The notes beneath the pieces are model-generated. The model was not told the origin of the DNA, did no database searches, and saw only the letters and a list, made by a program, of their open reading frames with translations. From an uncultured Bacteroides sp. (GTDB lineage: Bacteria; Bacteroidota; Bacteroidia; Bacteroidales; Bacteroidaceae): 64,000 bases of DNA. Of the stretch, positions 41,901-50,751 are shown in pieces (the stretch's first letter is position 1; every line of letters starts with the position of its first letter). The stretch is taken from NCBI GenBank assembly GCA_944322285.1, contig CALUOR010000006.1, forward strand, positions 17,164-81,163, given 5' to 3'. The translations under genes were made by a program, and so were the position numbers.

Positions 41901-42170
41901 ACGGAAGAATACTTTTATACCAAATAAATCTTCTCGATTACTTAAAAGGCTGTTTAGTTTTTCATTGCAGCGATGAATGCTCTGTTCTATTAAATCAGTA
42001 TTATGGCTATCTCTTAATTGGTATAGCAATTGAATATCTTCTTTCTGCAATAGTCCGCGCTCAAATACATAAGAGTCAAGCGTATAGATAGCCTTGAAAA
42101 TATTGTCATCGCTAAGCAATCTGTCTTTCAGTGTTTTGTGTTCCATACGATTGAGATGTGTGTTATTCAT
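38925..42170 (-). CDS. Reverse transcriptase (UG/Abi-like) fused to a C-terminal HD phosphohydrolase
   Basis: RT motifs FRPLH, FYGN, LDLKDFFPSV, GIAQGLPQSYFFGN and YVDD (aa 300-303); HD motifs HNQDH, ACYLHD (H770-D771), RKTHAEDS, ASHG, IRLADVMD, FHWISH. Confidence 0.88.
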   Translation of the reverse strand: MNNTHLNRMEHKTLKDRLLSDDNIFKAIYTLDSYVFERGLLQKEDIQLLYQLRDSHNTDLIEQSIHRCNEKLNSLLSNREDLFGIKVFFRFKSKEEDGTIKFRPLHTTSLENLICMIALLRPLMFDEQENKISLSGICKLIPHNFYGNLPSTQIESLFIPWKQQYKRYSENLLQRYKTLTETKEYTQEVCLDLKDFFPSVSPYWVYQFIFDKLKSVWTNANDINCLKQILCKLLFFKIENEDLDAWKDIYYPNINIDAQNNYYNRGIAQGLPQSYFFGNLVMTEIAKFNAQYFPGDSYYYVDDSVIYTNGLDNKKFKDTIADINTELSNRFRVEGNRIKEIKELLTEDAALFQQKLKSSYIVQLHPNGKSFYSNIQEKDGTHGGILPLMAKEVSNAGNLFDNMDEYDDQMSLSKINALLELIDNNLKEYKKYTDDINKQSQAKMLKRYRKFFLFRKKLILLKNDDEEDDDDINLNKILGDKELRNQLLHDFDQEIFMAEILLRLNNCSQEDANKLIKQVEEFENGLAPNGQCTNLYFQTSLKATEWIQKYRKLYDVYDSLNYAMRHVPVQVSSESRQLKALLDVFSTENIIETIYKVPEYAKNVCACSDEFKRKILNAYLSVMFGVELNETFNFFKSNRFHTLRYFEVRTLAFVRNRNFRMNDFSAFMQSICRNEQLSSYIGIDANLLSILGIFVNKVRNPRHVDSLICTHQLVSGLWMNGSKFMHQYTLHNQDHAITLIRLSLKLIKHIDYLGLKQNDFFVLFLACYLHDVSMVINPQLKTFNKTPSDSDTILTQCISDLYELSHNKQQEDLSIWKDLLLNIFGRVYDYFENAKRKTHAEDSAQFLTNHAKNFFSYIEPAILQLVVNIGASHGYDTIEVYGRKSKAKDELFSVKCMMILIRLADVMDITNERVNYYLLKENFQHFSLESKFHWISHHITKGVTILSEYQNIEKNTIQETIRIIMELNTNNLIPIDSRKGKSQCEGCNFKIRQKDGRKLMVYDIKETKEEVCAYETNCPLLCVWIKRKHEYLFNELIELKRYINQVNLPIFTTNIELTVKLSEKDQLDPEFFDAILERLEN

Positions 42171-42780
42171 TCTGACCTTTTAGATAGAGGTGAGTCGTTT
42201 TGTAGTCTTTTAGCAGGATAGCTTCTTTGTCTTTTTCATAGATCAAATCTTTCATGTCATAGTTGGATGAAAATTCCAAGGCATTATCTTTATTTATAAT
42301 TTGAATAGACACCCAACCGCTTTTAAATAGGTTATGGAGTGATTTCATATCAATTTCCACTTTCCCAATTCCATTTTTAATGATTTCAAATGAGTATAAA
42401 TCGTCATAACGGATTTTTTTCCCTATGAGTAATTCATCGTTCTCCTTACTTAGATATACTACATTGTTGATGATTGATTTAAAACGTTCACGGCTTTCTT
42501 TATAAGTTTGGGCAAAATCTTCAATCTTTTCTGTGAAATATCCCCAATTATACAGATGCGCTTTTTGAGAAGTCACAAAATAGGAGAATACATTCAATAA
42601 AGCCACATCAGCATCTCTTATGCAATCGCAATTTAAGAAGAAATGGAATAGATTTATGGCTATATACTGCGTGGTTGCATGCTCAAAAGTGCAGGTTGTA
42701 TGCCTGATAGCTGTTTCCATTTTGGTTTTCAGACTGTTGTAGTCTTTTGTGTATTCTTCCATGGTGAGTAAGTATAACAT
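42163..42780 (-). CDS. Hypothetical protein translationally coupled to the RT-HD gene
   Basis: 205-aa ORF with no recognisable motif; 8-bp overlap with the first RT ATG. Confidence 0.65.
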   Translation of the reverse strand: MLYLLTMEEYTKDYNSLKTKMETAIRHTTCTFEHATTQYIAINLFHFFLNCDCIRDADVALLNVFSYFVTSQKAHLYNWGYFTEKIEDFAQTYKESRERFKSIINNVVYLSKENDELLIGKKIRYDDLYSFEIIKNGIGKVEIDMKSLHNLFKSGWVSIQIINKDNALEFSSNYDMKDLIYEKDKEAILLKDYKTTHLYLKGQNE

Positions 42781-42781
42781 T

Positions 42782-43912
42782 TTACAGTTGACGTATAAAA
42801 TCTGCTATTTTGTTAGATTCTGTATGATATTCAAAATGATGGATTCCAATATTATATCCTTCATTCCCGATACTATTGGCTAAGTCTGTTCTTTGAATCA
42901 GTTTAATCATTCCTTCCGCGAACGCTTCCGGAGTATAGTCTACAATCAGTGCAGATTTCTCATTCGTAAAATAATAAGGGATTTCCCCAACGTTATTGGT
43001 AATTATAGGTCTTTTAGAACCTATATATTCAGCTATTTTTTGGGAGAAGCGTGCCTTGTCTTGCAAACTGCTTGGATCTAAAGGTATCAGTAAGCCTAAT
43101 GATGTATCATATAGCCTGTATAATTCCTCTTCTGGAATTTGATTTTTTATCTCAATGGATGGAATTGTCGTCTCTTGAATGAATTGTTTTACTTCCTGCA
43201 TTTGTTTCTTATTTCCGAATAGGACCAAAGTAAGTTTGGCTTTGGGATATTTCTCAATAACAATTTTAAATGCATCTAATAACAGATGATTCCGTAGCAA
43301 ATAGTTGGCGTGACCGCAATAGGTGAAATTATATTCGCCTGCATACGGATGCACCTCCCTATCGTATGAAGCCATGACAGGAAGTATCATTTGCGGCTTA
43401 TGAAACCGTTCTCCTTTTTCCAGCAAGAAATGGCTTATTGGGAAAATACCGTTTAGAAAATAACCGAAAGTTTTATCTTTTACCCATGCTTCTATCTTAT
43501 ACATGATATTGGGTTGCTTGCAGCCGATGTGCCATTCATGAAACAACGCTGTACGTTTGTAACCTTGAAGCATACATAGAATGGTGGTTAAGACAAAAGC
43601 CGGATACAATGTCATTCCCAAGATAACATAATTGTCTTTTTCCTGTTTCTCCTTTTTCAAGATTCTCCAAAGTTTGGGTAAGTTCTTGAAGATAGTAGAG
43701 AACTTACCTTTTCGTGGCAATAAGTAATAGTGGATGCCTTTCTGTGAGATGCCTATTTGTTCATTTGGGAGTCCTTTGGTACCCAAGACGGTATCAATCA
43801 TTGTTACCTTACAGCCATATTCTTTCAATCCTCGCGCTATAAATTCAGTCTTAGAATTGTTTGCAGAGAATTGGAAAGGATATCCTTCAGAAGTAATTAA
43901 TACAATATTCAT
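42782..43912 (-). CDS. GT4-family glycosyltransferase
   Basis: GT-B C-terminal FSQKIAEYIGSKRPIITNNVGEI. Confidence 0.8.
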   Translation of the reverse strand: MNIVLITSEGYPFQFSANNSKTEFIARGLKEYGCKVTMIDTVLGTKGLPNEQIGISQKGIHYYLLPRKGKFSTIFKNLPKLWRILKKEKQEKDNYVILGMTLYPAFVLTTILCMLQGYKRTALFHEWHIGCKQPNIMYKIEAWVKDKTFGYFLNGIFPISHFLLEKGERFHKPQMILPVMASYDREVHPYAGEYNFTYCGHANYLLRNHLLLDAFKIVIEKYPKAKLTLVLFGNKKQMQEVKQFIQETTIPSIEIKNQIPEEELYRLYDTSLGLLIPLDPSSLQDKARFSQKIAEYIGSKRPIITNNVGEIPYYFTNEKSALIVDYTPEAFAEGMIKLIQRTDLANSIGNEGYNIGIHHFEYHTESNKIADFIRQL

Positions 43913-44499
43913 TTCAATTCTTTTATTACTTTACAAGGATTCCCGGCAGCAACAACATTGGCCGGAATGTCTTTTGTTACGATACTTCCGGCACCGATAA
44001 GTGAATTTTCACCTATGTGCACGCCTTTCAATACTTTTACTCCATATCCTAACCATACATTGTTATCAATAATGACAGGCTTGTCTTTTCCGGTGCGAGG
44101 ATCATCGGAATGCCAGTCGCTATCAGTAATCATAGTGTTGGCACCACAACGGACATTGTTTCCCAGTTTTATATATTGGGCACATCCAATTACTGTGCCT
44201 GAAAAACCACAATTATGACCGATTTCTATTTTGGCTCCACTTTTGATAGTGGATATCATACAAGGAGAATAAATGCCAATGAGATTAGAACGGTGTGAAG
44301 AATTGAAGGTGCAATCTGAGTCAATTTGTATAATTGCACCTGGTAATGTGCGGAATAGGGTTTTACCGTAAAATCTACATCCGGTTTTAATCCTTACGCC
44401 CCATATTTTTGCAGACACTGTATTTACTGTGTTCCAATAGAGTTGGGCTATTTTTTTATTGAACACATTTATATAATGTGCGTGAAGATAGTTTTTCAT
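43909..44499 (-). CDS. Hexapeptide-repeat O-acyltransferase
   Basis: KPVIIDNNVWLGYGVKVLKGVHIGENSLIGAGSIVTKDIPANVVAAGNPCK; start reassigned to MKNYLH. Confidence 0.9.
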   Translation of the reverse strand: MKNYLHAHYINVFNKKIAQLYWNTVNTVSAKIWGVRIKTGCRFYGKTLFRTLPGAIIQIDSDCTFNSSHRSNLIGIYSPCMISTIKSGAKIEIGHNCGFSGTVIGCAQYIKLGNNVRCGANTMITDSDWHSDDPRTGKDKPVIIDNNVWLGYGVKVLKGVHIGENSLIGAGSIVTKDIPANVVAAGNPCKVIKELK

Positions 44500-45479
44500 T
44501 ACCAATAGCAACCTCCTTCCACCTTATCGGCATTTTGGGGCCTCTCGTTTTCGCTTGGATAAACCCAATACTCATTGAATAAATCAGCAAAGTGGGTATC
44601 GTCACCATGGTAACGTCCTTCCCATCGTTTTCCTTTAATACCGAATAGAAGTTGTGTCCCTCCTCCTAAGTGAATGGCTTTTTTCCCTAAAGATTTGCCA
44701 AAGGCAGCAAGTGGGAGTCCATATGCTCCACAACCGACAATGAGCAAGTCAAATTCATGTTTGGCAATTTCGTCTTTCATGTAATCAAGAGCCTCGAACC
44801 AGTTGGCGAATCTGCTCTTTTCATCGGCGATAGTTTGCACCGCTTTAATTACTTCCAAATCAAAATCAGGCAGGATATCCGGATTCTTGAAAAGTTGCTT
44901 ACGGTGGTTATTGTATTGGGAAAGTATTGTTTCTTTAAAAGGGTGTACCACCAATACCTTTTTGCCTTCAAATACTTTCATCCAAGGTTGTGGTGAGAAG
45001 AAAGGGTAAAGACTTTCTAATTGTACCATTTTGCAGCTTGCACTGAACGGCAGAAATTTTTCTGGATAAGAAAAACGTCCGCAGACATCCATCGTTGGAA
45101 TTTCTTTTAGATAGAGTTCTGCAAATCTTTCCATTAAGTTAAAACTGTCTTTTGGAAAGAATCCTGAGTAGGTACATAAATCATTGCACAGTCTAGGCCA
45201 ATCCCAAAAGGGAAGTCTTGTATCATCAGTGATATAATTTAGGCATTTTTTTAGATACGATTCTTTTCCGTGTACTGTTATGTAATTAATCAGTACTGCT
45301 TGTTCTGTTGTGCCGATTCTTCCGACAAAACAGGGGTATGGATTACTAAACAATTGGATTAAAAGTTGATTGGTTGTTTCCCATTCATTTTCTTTGGGCC
45401 AAGGATAACCGGTAAAATCCGGATGCGCAATGGAACGGTATATTTTGCGTAATCCTTTTAGTATAGTTGCTTGTATCAT
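44499..45479 (-). CDS. Capsule-locus protein, GT-D/DUF1792-like
   Basis: VGRIGTTE, KKVLVVHPF, LLIVGCGAYGLPLA, AIHLGG. Confidence 0.55.
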   Translation of the reverse strand: MIQATILKGLRKIYRSIAHPDFTGYPWPKENEWETTNQLLIQLFSNPYPCFVGRIGTTEQAVLINYITVHGKESYLKKCLNYITDDTRLPFWDWPRLCNDLCTYSGFFPKDSFNLMERFAELYLKEIPTMDVCGRFSYPEKFLPFSASCKMVQLESLYPFFSPQPWMKVFEGKKVLVVHPFKETILSQYNNHRKQLFKNPDILPDFDLEVIKAVQTIADEKSRFANWFEALDYMKDEIAKHEFDLLIVGCGAYGLPLAAFGKSLGKKAIHLGGGTQLLFGIKGKRWEGRYHGDDTHFADLFNEYWVYPSENERPQNADKVEGGCYW

Positions 45480-46735
45480 TTGTTTAAGATTTTATTGTAA
45501 ATTTCTAATGTACGCAAGGCATTCGAGTGCCTATCGTGACGTTCTTGTGCACACTTTTGTTCATTCTTTGAAAGACTACATGCGAGTGAATCATTCTCAA
45601 AGATATTACATATACATCGAGCTAGCATCTCATGTTCTTCAAATCGGTAAAGTAAACCTGTTTTCCCGTCTTCTATCATATTGGGAATACCACCCACATA
45701 AGATGCGATTGTTGGCGTTCCGACTAATTGAGCCTCACCCAATGAATTTGGTGAGTTTTCAATTGAAGATGGACAGATAAATAAATGAGCATGTTTATAT
45801 TGTTCCGCCATTTCGTTCTCGTTAAGCAGACCTGTAAATATGAAACGGTTTCTTACTCCTAATGATTCCATGAGGTGTACGACATAATTGGCGTAAGTAT
45901 CGAAGCGTAATTTATCCTTTAGTGACTTCTTTTGCGTAAAATTAGTACCTGCCACATATACTTTTATATCTGGATAATGTCTGATTACATAAGGTAATGC
46001 TTCTATAACTTTGTGAATGCCTTTAATCGGATTTTGAGTTTGACTTAAAAATATTGAATGCCTTTGACATTTTTCTAAGTTCCAAATTGTTTGGTAAAAC
46101 GGTTCTCTTAATATTTCGTTGCAGAAATGATACTTAGTGTTAGGATTTATAGCCCATATATGATCTTTATCCCACTCTGTCCGGCCAATAACATTATGTG
46201 AAAGTTTTATATATTCTTTTTCCAATTCGCCAGATTTTGACATTTGTTTGGGACGATTTAAAATATGTCCTTTCAATAAGTCGTATATGGTAATGTATCG
46301 TTTTAACTTTTTAGGTGGAATCTGTCCAAGACTATACCTTGCGATAATGCTTATTAAGCCTTGAATTGAAATTACAACGTTATCGGTTCCTATGGCTTTC
46401 ATATAAGCTAGCCCATGGGGATATTCCGTGCCATGGATGTGAACGATGTCAGGACGGAAATCTTCTGTTACTAATTTCCAATATTGTTCAATAGCAGGGG
46501 TGTATTTCTTTAGCTTATAAATAGAGAATGGCAGGCAATAGTAAGTGACACCGTTAATTACATCTTTACGGTATTCATTCCCATGTAAAGTGGCTACAGC
46601 CAGTTCTATGTTCTCGTCTAAATCCAGTAGGACTTGTGCCAATGATTTCAGCCAACCACCCGTTACAGGTGCTTGAATCCCTAATTTAGTGCAAATGTCA
46701 GGAAATAATATGTTTGTTATCCAAAGTAGTTTCAT
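45476..46735 (-). CDS. GT4-family glycosyltransferase
   Basis: PDIVHIHGTE, FICPSSIENSPNSLGEAQ (EX7E); start reassigned to MKLLWI. Confidence 0.88.
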   Translation of the reverse strand: MKLLWITNILFPDICTKLGIQAPVTGGWLKSLAQVLLDLDENIELAVATLHGNEYRKDVINGVTYYCLPFSIYKLKKYTPAIEQYWKLVTEDFRPDIVHIHGTEYPHGLAYMKAIGTDNVVISIQGLISIIARYSLGQIPPKKLKRYITIYDLLKGHILNRPKQMSKSGELEKEYIKLSHNVIGRTEWDKDHIWAINPNTKYHFCNEILREPFYQTIWNLEKCQRHSIFLSQTQNPIKGIHKVIEALPYVIRHYPDIKVYVAGTNFTQKKSLKDKLRFDTYANYVVHLMESLGVRNRFIFTGLLNENEMAEQYKHAHLFICPSSIENSPNSLGEAQLVGTPTIASYVGGIPNMIEDGKTGLLYRFEEHEMLARCICNIFENDSLACSLSKNEQKCAQERHDRHSNALRTLEIYNKILNK

Positions 46736-46748
46736 AAAGGTCGTTGAA

Positions 46749-47873
46749 TTATAACCATTTAGGCGCTTCAAATATTGTCTTCATGTGATTCCAGTTGTCA
46801 TAGTATCCATTCCCTATTGCCATCGTGTTGTAGAACCATCGCATGGTGATTGCCAATAAGTATAACAGATATATAGTTTTAAACCCATTGTTTTTTATAT
46901 ATTTAAGTATAAAAACGGATACGAACGGAATGCTTATCGCATATGGAAGCATTATTCTTCCTGCTGTGTTTATTAATATATGGCTACAAATAAGGGATAT
47001 AATAGATGCAATTGAGAAGATTTTTTCATATTTGTTGAATAGTTTATAAAAGTGTAAGATGAGTAATAACAAAATGCAGTCTAAAATATGATATATAAGA
47101 GTCATTGAATTGTTAGTTGTTATTTCTTGAATGTAATGTGTATATTTTTTATTATCACCCAATAGAAAACCAATGAAAGATGCGTCTTTGATATTGGCGT
47201 AAAATGTTAAAAAGAAGAAGGCGATAATACAATACGTGGCATATTTTTTGAAATTTGTTGGATAAAATAATATTATGAAGTAATATAATATCCCTAAATA
47301 TGCTGAAAAATGGATATTGCCAGCAATTATAATAAAAGCAAGGCAAATTAAAGACGGATAAGATTTCAGTTGTTGTATGAATGGTTTATTTGTGTTGACA
47401 TATTTTGTTAGTATGTAAGCCCCAAGCAGAATAAAACAAATTGCTAAAGCCTGTCTTTTACTGTTTATTAATAGAAGACAATAATTAGGATTGCAGATAA
47501 ATACGATAAAGAAAAGCCATAAATATTTTAAAGGGATTAACGTTTTTATCCACTTCCACAAGACGGATACATTAAAAAAGGAAAGTACTAAACAAAAACC
47601 AAAAAAACCAATAGGTTCACTAATTTGCATTAGGAATTTATAGATTGCTTCCATTTTCTCCTTTAATGCAAAATTTAATACAAAATTGGAATTGCTTTTT
47701 CCTATCGCTATATAATATCTAGATAAATATCCCCTGTAATCATTCGATGTATCATACTCAAAAGCAAATAAGAAATATATGAGGAACCATATAACCCATA
47801 AACATTCTTTTACTTTATATTTATAGCTTATATAGGATAATGTTATGATAGAAATGAGTATAATGTAAAACAT
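46749..47873 (-). CDS. wzy: EpsG-family polysaccharide polymerase
   Basis: About 10 TM helices, NDYRGY, KRQALA, IHFSA; very AT-rich. Confidence 0.75.
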   Translation of the reverse strand: MFYIILISIITLSYISYKYKVKECLWVIWFLIYFLFAFEYDTSNDYRGYLSRYYIAIGKSNSNFVLNFALKEKMEAIYKFLMQISEPIGFFGFCLVLSFFNVSVLWKWIKTLIPLKYLWLFFIVFICNPNYCLLLINSKRQALAICFILLGAYILTKYVNTNKPFIQQLKSYPSLICLAFIIIAGNIHFSAYLGILYYFIILFYPTNFKKYATYCIIAFFFLTFYANIKDASFIGFLLGDNKKYTHYIQEITTNNSMTLIYHILDCILLLLILHFYKLFNKYEKIFSIASIISLICSHILINTAGRIMLPYAISIPFVSVFILKYIKNNGFKTIYLLYLLAITMRWFYNTMAIGNGYYDNWNHMKTIFEAPKWL

Positions 47874-47880
47874 GCCTTAC

Positions 47881-49005
47881 TTACCTGTTTAATTGGGGTT
47901 GGAATTCACCTTTGAGTTTATCATAATATTGTTGTTTAAAATAGGGAGATAGTTTATAATCAAAATGTTCATTTATAATTCTTTTTGCGATTTCAACTAC
48001 TTCGTTTAAACTGTTTGTTGTATAAACATATTTGTCATAAATCCCTTTAAACCAATCAGCTCCGGTAATAACCTTATGATCATTTGTTTTTAGGATAATA
48101 ACAGGAGTATTGGCTGCCAAAGCATAAATAGTACCATGATATCGGTCGGTTATTACTATTTCATAATGGGCAAATTCTTCAATTTGTTTTTCTATATGAT
48201 ATTGTAAATGTTTTCGGATTTTTTTATAGGATTTGTTTATTGTTGTGTCTGTAACAGTTACAGGAGATATTTTTTCTATTTTTGATTGTAAATCAATTAA
48301 TTCATTTGTAGAATAGAGTTTCTCCCCATCATTACGTAAACAAAAACAAATTCCCTTCCTTTTATAGGAAAAATTATATTCTCCTATTAATGTTGTTACA
48401 ATGTCTGGATAGGCTTCTACAGTTATATCAGGGAACATGTTTCTTGCCATTTTATAAGAAATAAAATCTCTTGCTAAAAAAAGCATATGACGAGCTTGGT
48501 TATATGATTTGCTGGTTCTGATTTTATTCTTTTCTTCTTTAAAGTAAATGGTTTGTGGCATCATTAAAATATTGGCATTCGGTATGTTGTCAATAACTAA
48601 TCGGTGCATATATTCATGCGAACCGCCTAAATCTTGAGTCGTATAGCCGCTTTGAAAAATGATGATATCTTGTGCCCTGTATAGTTCTTTGAATTTATCA
48701 ATAAAATCGAACCTATGGTCAACAACAGTATCAGCTTCAAATTCTATGAGTGAATAATTAGGATAATTTTCTTTTATCCATTTACTTATGCAATAATATT
48801 GTCCCATATCTCCTAAATTGGAATGAGCTGTAATTCCTAAATAGTAAATATAAGGTTGATTATTATTGAAGCTTTCTTTTATGCTTTGTAATCTTAAAAT
48901 GTCTTTTTTTATAAAATTGTATTTCTTTTTTTCCCTATATCTGTTTAAAATGGGGCGGTATATAAACCATAAGTATGTTTTGATAAATTGCTTTAAAGAT
49001 ATCAT
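47881..49005 (-). CDS. Polysaccharide pyruvyl transferase family protein
   Basis: HSNLGD, MPQTIYF, FLARD, YPDIV, VITDRYHGTI. Confidence 0.85.
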   Translation of the reverse strand: MISLKQFIKTYLWFIYRPILNRYREKKKYNFIKKDILRLQSIKESFNNNQPYIYYLGITAHSNLGDMGQYYCISKWIKENYPNYSLIEFEADTVVDHRFDFIDKFKELYRAQDIIIFQSGYTTQDLGGSHEYMHRLVIDNIPNANILMMPQTIYFKEEKNKIRTSKSYNQARHMLFLARDFISYKMARNMFPDITVEAYPDIVTTLIGEYNFSYKRKGICFCLRNDGEKLYSTNELIDLQSKIEKISPVTVTDTTINKSYKKIRKHLQYHIEKQIEEFAHYEIVITDRYHGTIYALAANTPVIILKTNDHKVITGADWFKGIYDKYVYTTNSLNEVVEIAKRIINEHFDYKLSPYFKQQYYDKLKGEFQPQLNR

Positions 49006-49007
49006 GG

Positions 49008-50747
49008 TTAATTTTTCTTTAGTATGTTTTTAATTAGTTCGACTCCTTTATCACCAACAATGCTTCTTATTATAGATTTTAATCCACCATTCATATTTTC
49101 GATTTTATTAGAAGATATAAAAATATCTTTTGCTATCTTTTCGTCATTTGATTTCGTAAATATTTCAAAAAGAATAGGTTTATCTGACTTATCTACAAAT
49201 AGTTCCTTATTCTTTTGAAACTCTTCTTTAGTGTTTGCTGATAAATATAAGAAACCACAATTTTCTGCCCATCCTTTAGCATTACCATTGTGGCCCTCTG
49301 CTGATATATAGCGTTTTGTTTCTATTTTCTCTTCCCAATTACTTGTCATTATTTTGAATTCTGCTCCTCCATGATTGTTGATAAGCAGTATGCGGATATT
49401 GTTTTTTATATGGCGGATGCCTAATGAATTCATATCATAGAAGAAGGCAAGGTCTCCTGTTACTAAAAAACAAAGTTCATTGATATTCATACTTTCACCA
49501 ATAAGTGTGGATGTACAGCCGTCAATACCGAATGCCGCTACGTTGGAAAAACACTGAATACTAGGGTCTAATTTAAAATATCCCCAGCAGCGTAAACTAT
49601 TTAATATGGCGAAATTTACATAACTATTCTTAGGTAGTAAGTGGTGTAATTGTTGTGCCACATACAAATTGGAGAGAGGTATCTCTATATTTTTTTTCAA
49701 TAAGTCATTTGCTGTTCTCCATTCTTGAAAATAGGTATGTTCTGCCAATGGGGTTCCTTTTACCCCTTTGAAAAAGTATTCTGCTGGGCATTCAAAGATT
49801 TTAGTCAGCCGATTGTATGTATTGACCACGTTTCCGTCTTCGTTTACCCTCCAATGTTCCAGATTGGAGTTGTTATATAACTTTCCGAAAATGGAATAAT
49901 CGCCAGTTTGCCCTCCAATCGTGATAAGTATTTCCGGGGAGAGTTTCGCTTTAAAGTAACTCCCTGTTGTACAGGATGCCAAAAGGTTGGCTTGAATGGA
50001 GAACTTTCCATGGTAATTGGACAGGTTATTGGCATAGACGGCCGCATTGTGGCTTTCACAAAACAATTCAATTGCGTCTTGTTCTTCTTTTGTAAAAGGT
50101 CTGTGTTCACCTATTACTATTAGGATTTTTTTATTACCTAGTTCAAGATTATCCCATTTGTCCCAAGCCGCATATCGCTTTATCGGTTTAATGTCAGGAA
50201 GTTTAATGTCTTCAAATTTTCCGTTCTCCGCATCATCTATACGGATGTTGAGTTGTACAGGACCGTTGCCATGGTGAGTTAATTCAAGAATAGCCTCATT
50301 TACTGCATGTTGACACTGCACATGTGTATTAACATCCTTTATCGGTGGCAAATCAAAACTCCTTTTTACTGCATCTTTGGGAAGTGAGCATTGGTCTGGT
50401 GCTTGCATATAATCCTGATATTGGAATCGTTCAAGCTTGGCTGTAGTAATGGCCAATATAGGGGTGTGTTTATAGAAGGCTTCTGTTAATCCGGGAATAT
50501 AGTTCCTTGTGGCTTGGGCACTGGTGCAAGAAGTAGCAATGATTTCTCCCGTTTGGAGATAGAGACCTATGGCAAAATACATGGCACTTCGTTCGTCAGG
50601 GACTGAATAGCAATGAAAAAAATCATCATCCTGAACAGCTTGTGAAATAGGAATATTTGTTCCGCCAGGACTTACAACAATGTGACGTATGTTGTATGCT
50701 TTTAAAGCAGAAATTACGATTCTGACATTTTCTTGTATTGTGTACAT
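49008..50747 (-). CDS. MenD-like thiamine-diphosphate-dependent enzyme
   Basis: IVVSPGGTN, DERSAMYFAIG, CTSAQA, FGIDGCTST, ThDP motif GDLAFFYDMN...INNHGG. Confidence 0.85.
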   Translation of the reverse strand: MYTIQENVRIVISALKAYNIRHIVVSPGGTNIPISQAVQDDDFFHCYSVPDERSAMYFAIGLYLQTGEIIATSCTSAQATRNYIPGLTEAFYKHTPILAITTAKLERFQYQDYMQAPDQCSLPKDAVKRSFDLPPIKDVNTHVQCQHAVNEAILELTHHGNGPVQLNIRIDDAENGKFEDIKLPDIKPIKRYAAWDKWDNLELGNKKILIVIGEHRPFTKEEQDAIELFCESHNAAVYANNLSNYHGKFSIQANLLASCTTGSYFKAKLSPEILITIGGQTGDYSIFGKLYNNSNLEHWRVNEDGNVVNTYNRLTKIFECPAEYFFKGVKGTPLAEHTYFQEWRTANDLLKKNIEIPLSNLYVAQQLHHLLPKNSYVNFAILNSLRCWGYFKLDPSIQCFSNVAAFGIDGCTSTLIGESMNINELCFLVTGDLAFFYDMNSLGIRHIKNNIRILLINNHGGAEFKIMTSNWEEKIETKRYISAEGHNGNAKGWAENCGFLYLSANTKEEFQKNKELFVDKSDKPILFEIFTKSNDEKIAKDIFISSNKIENMNGGLKSIIRSIVGDKGVELIKNILKKN

Positions 50748-50751
50748 AATA

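Noticed and set aside
38925-42170. Group II intron, retron or DGR interpretation of the RT
   Set aside because: No flanking non-coding space for intron RNA or msr/msd, no maturase/HNH domain or VTG motif, and no TR/VR pair noticed.
49008-50747. Menaquinone biosynthesis operon
   Set aside because: No menF/H/C/E/B neighbours; AT-rich and embedded in capsule genes, so no menD symbol was assigned.
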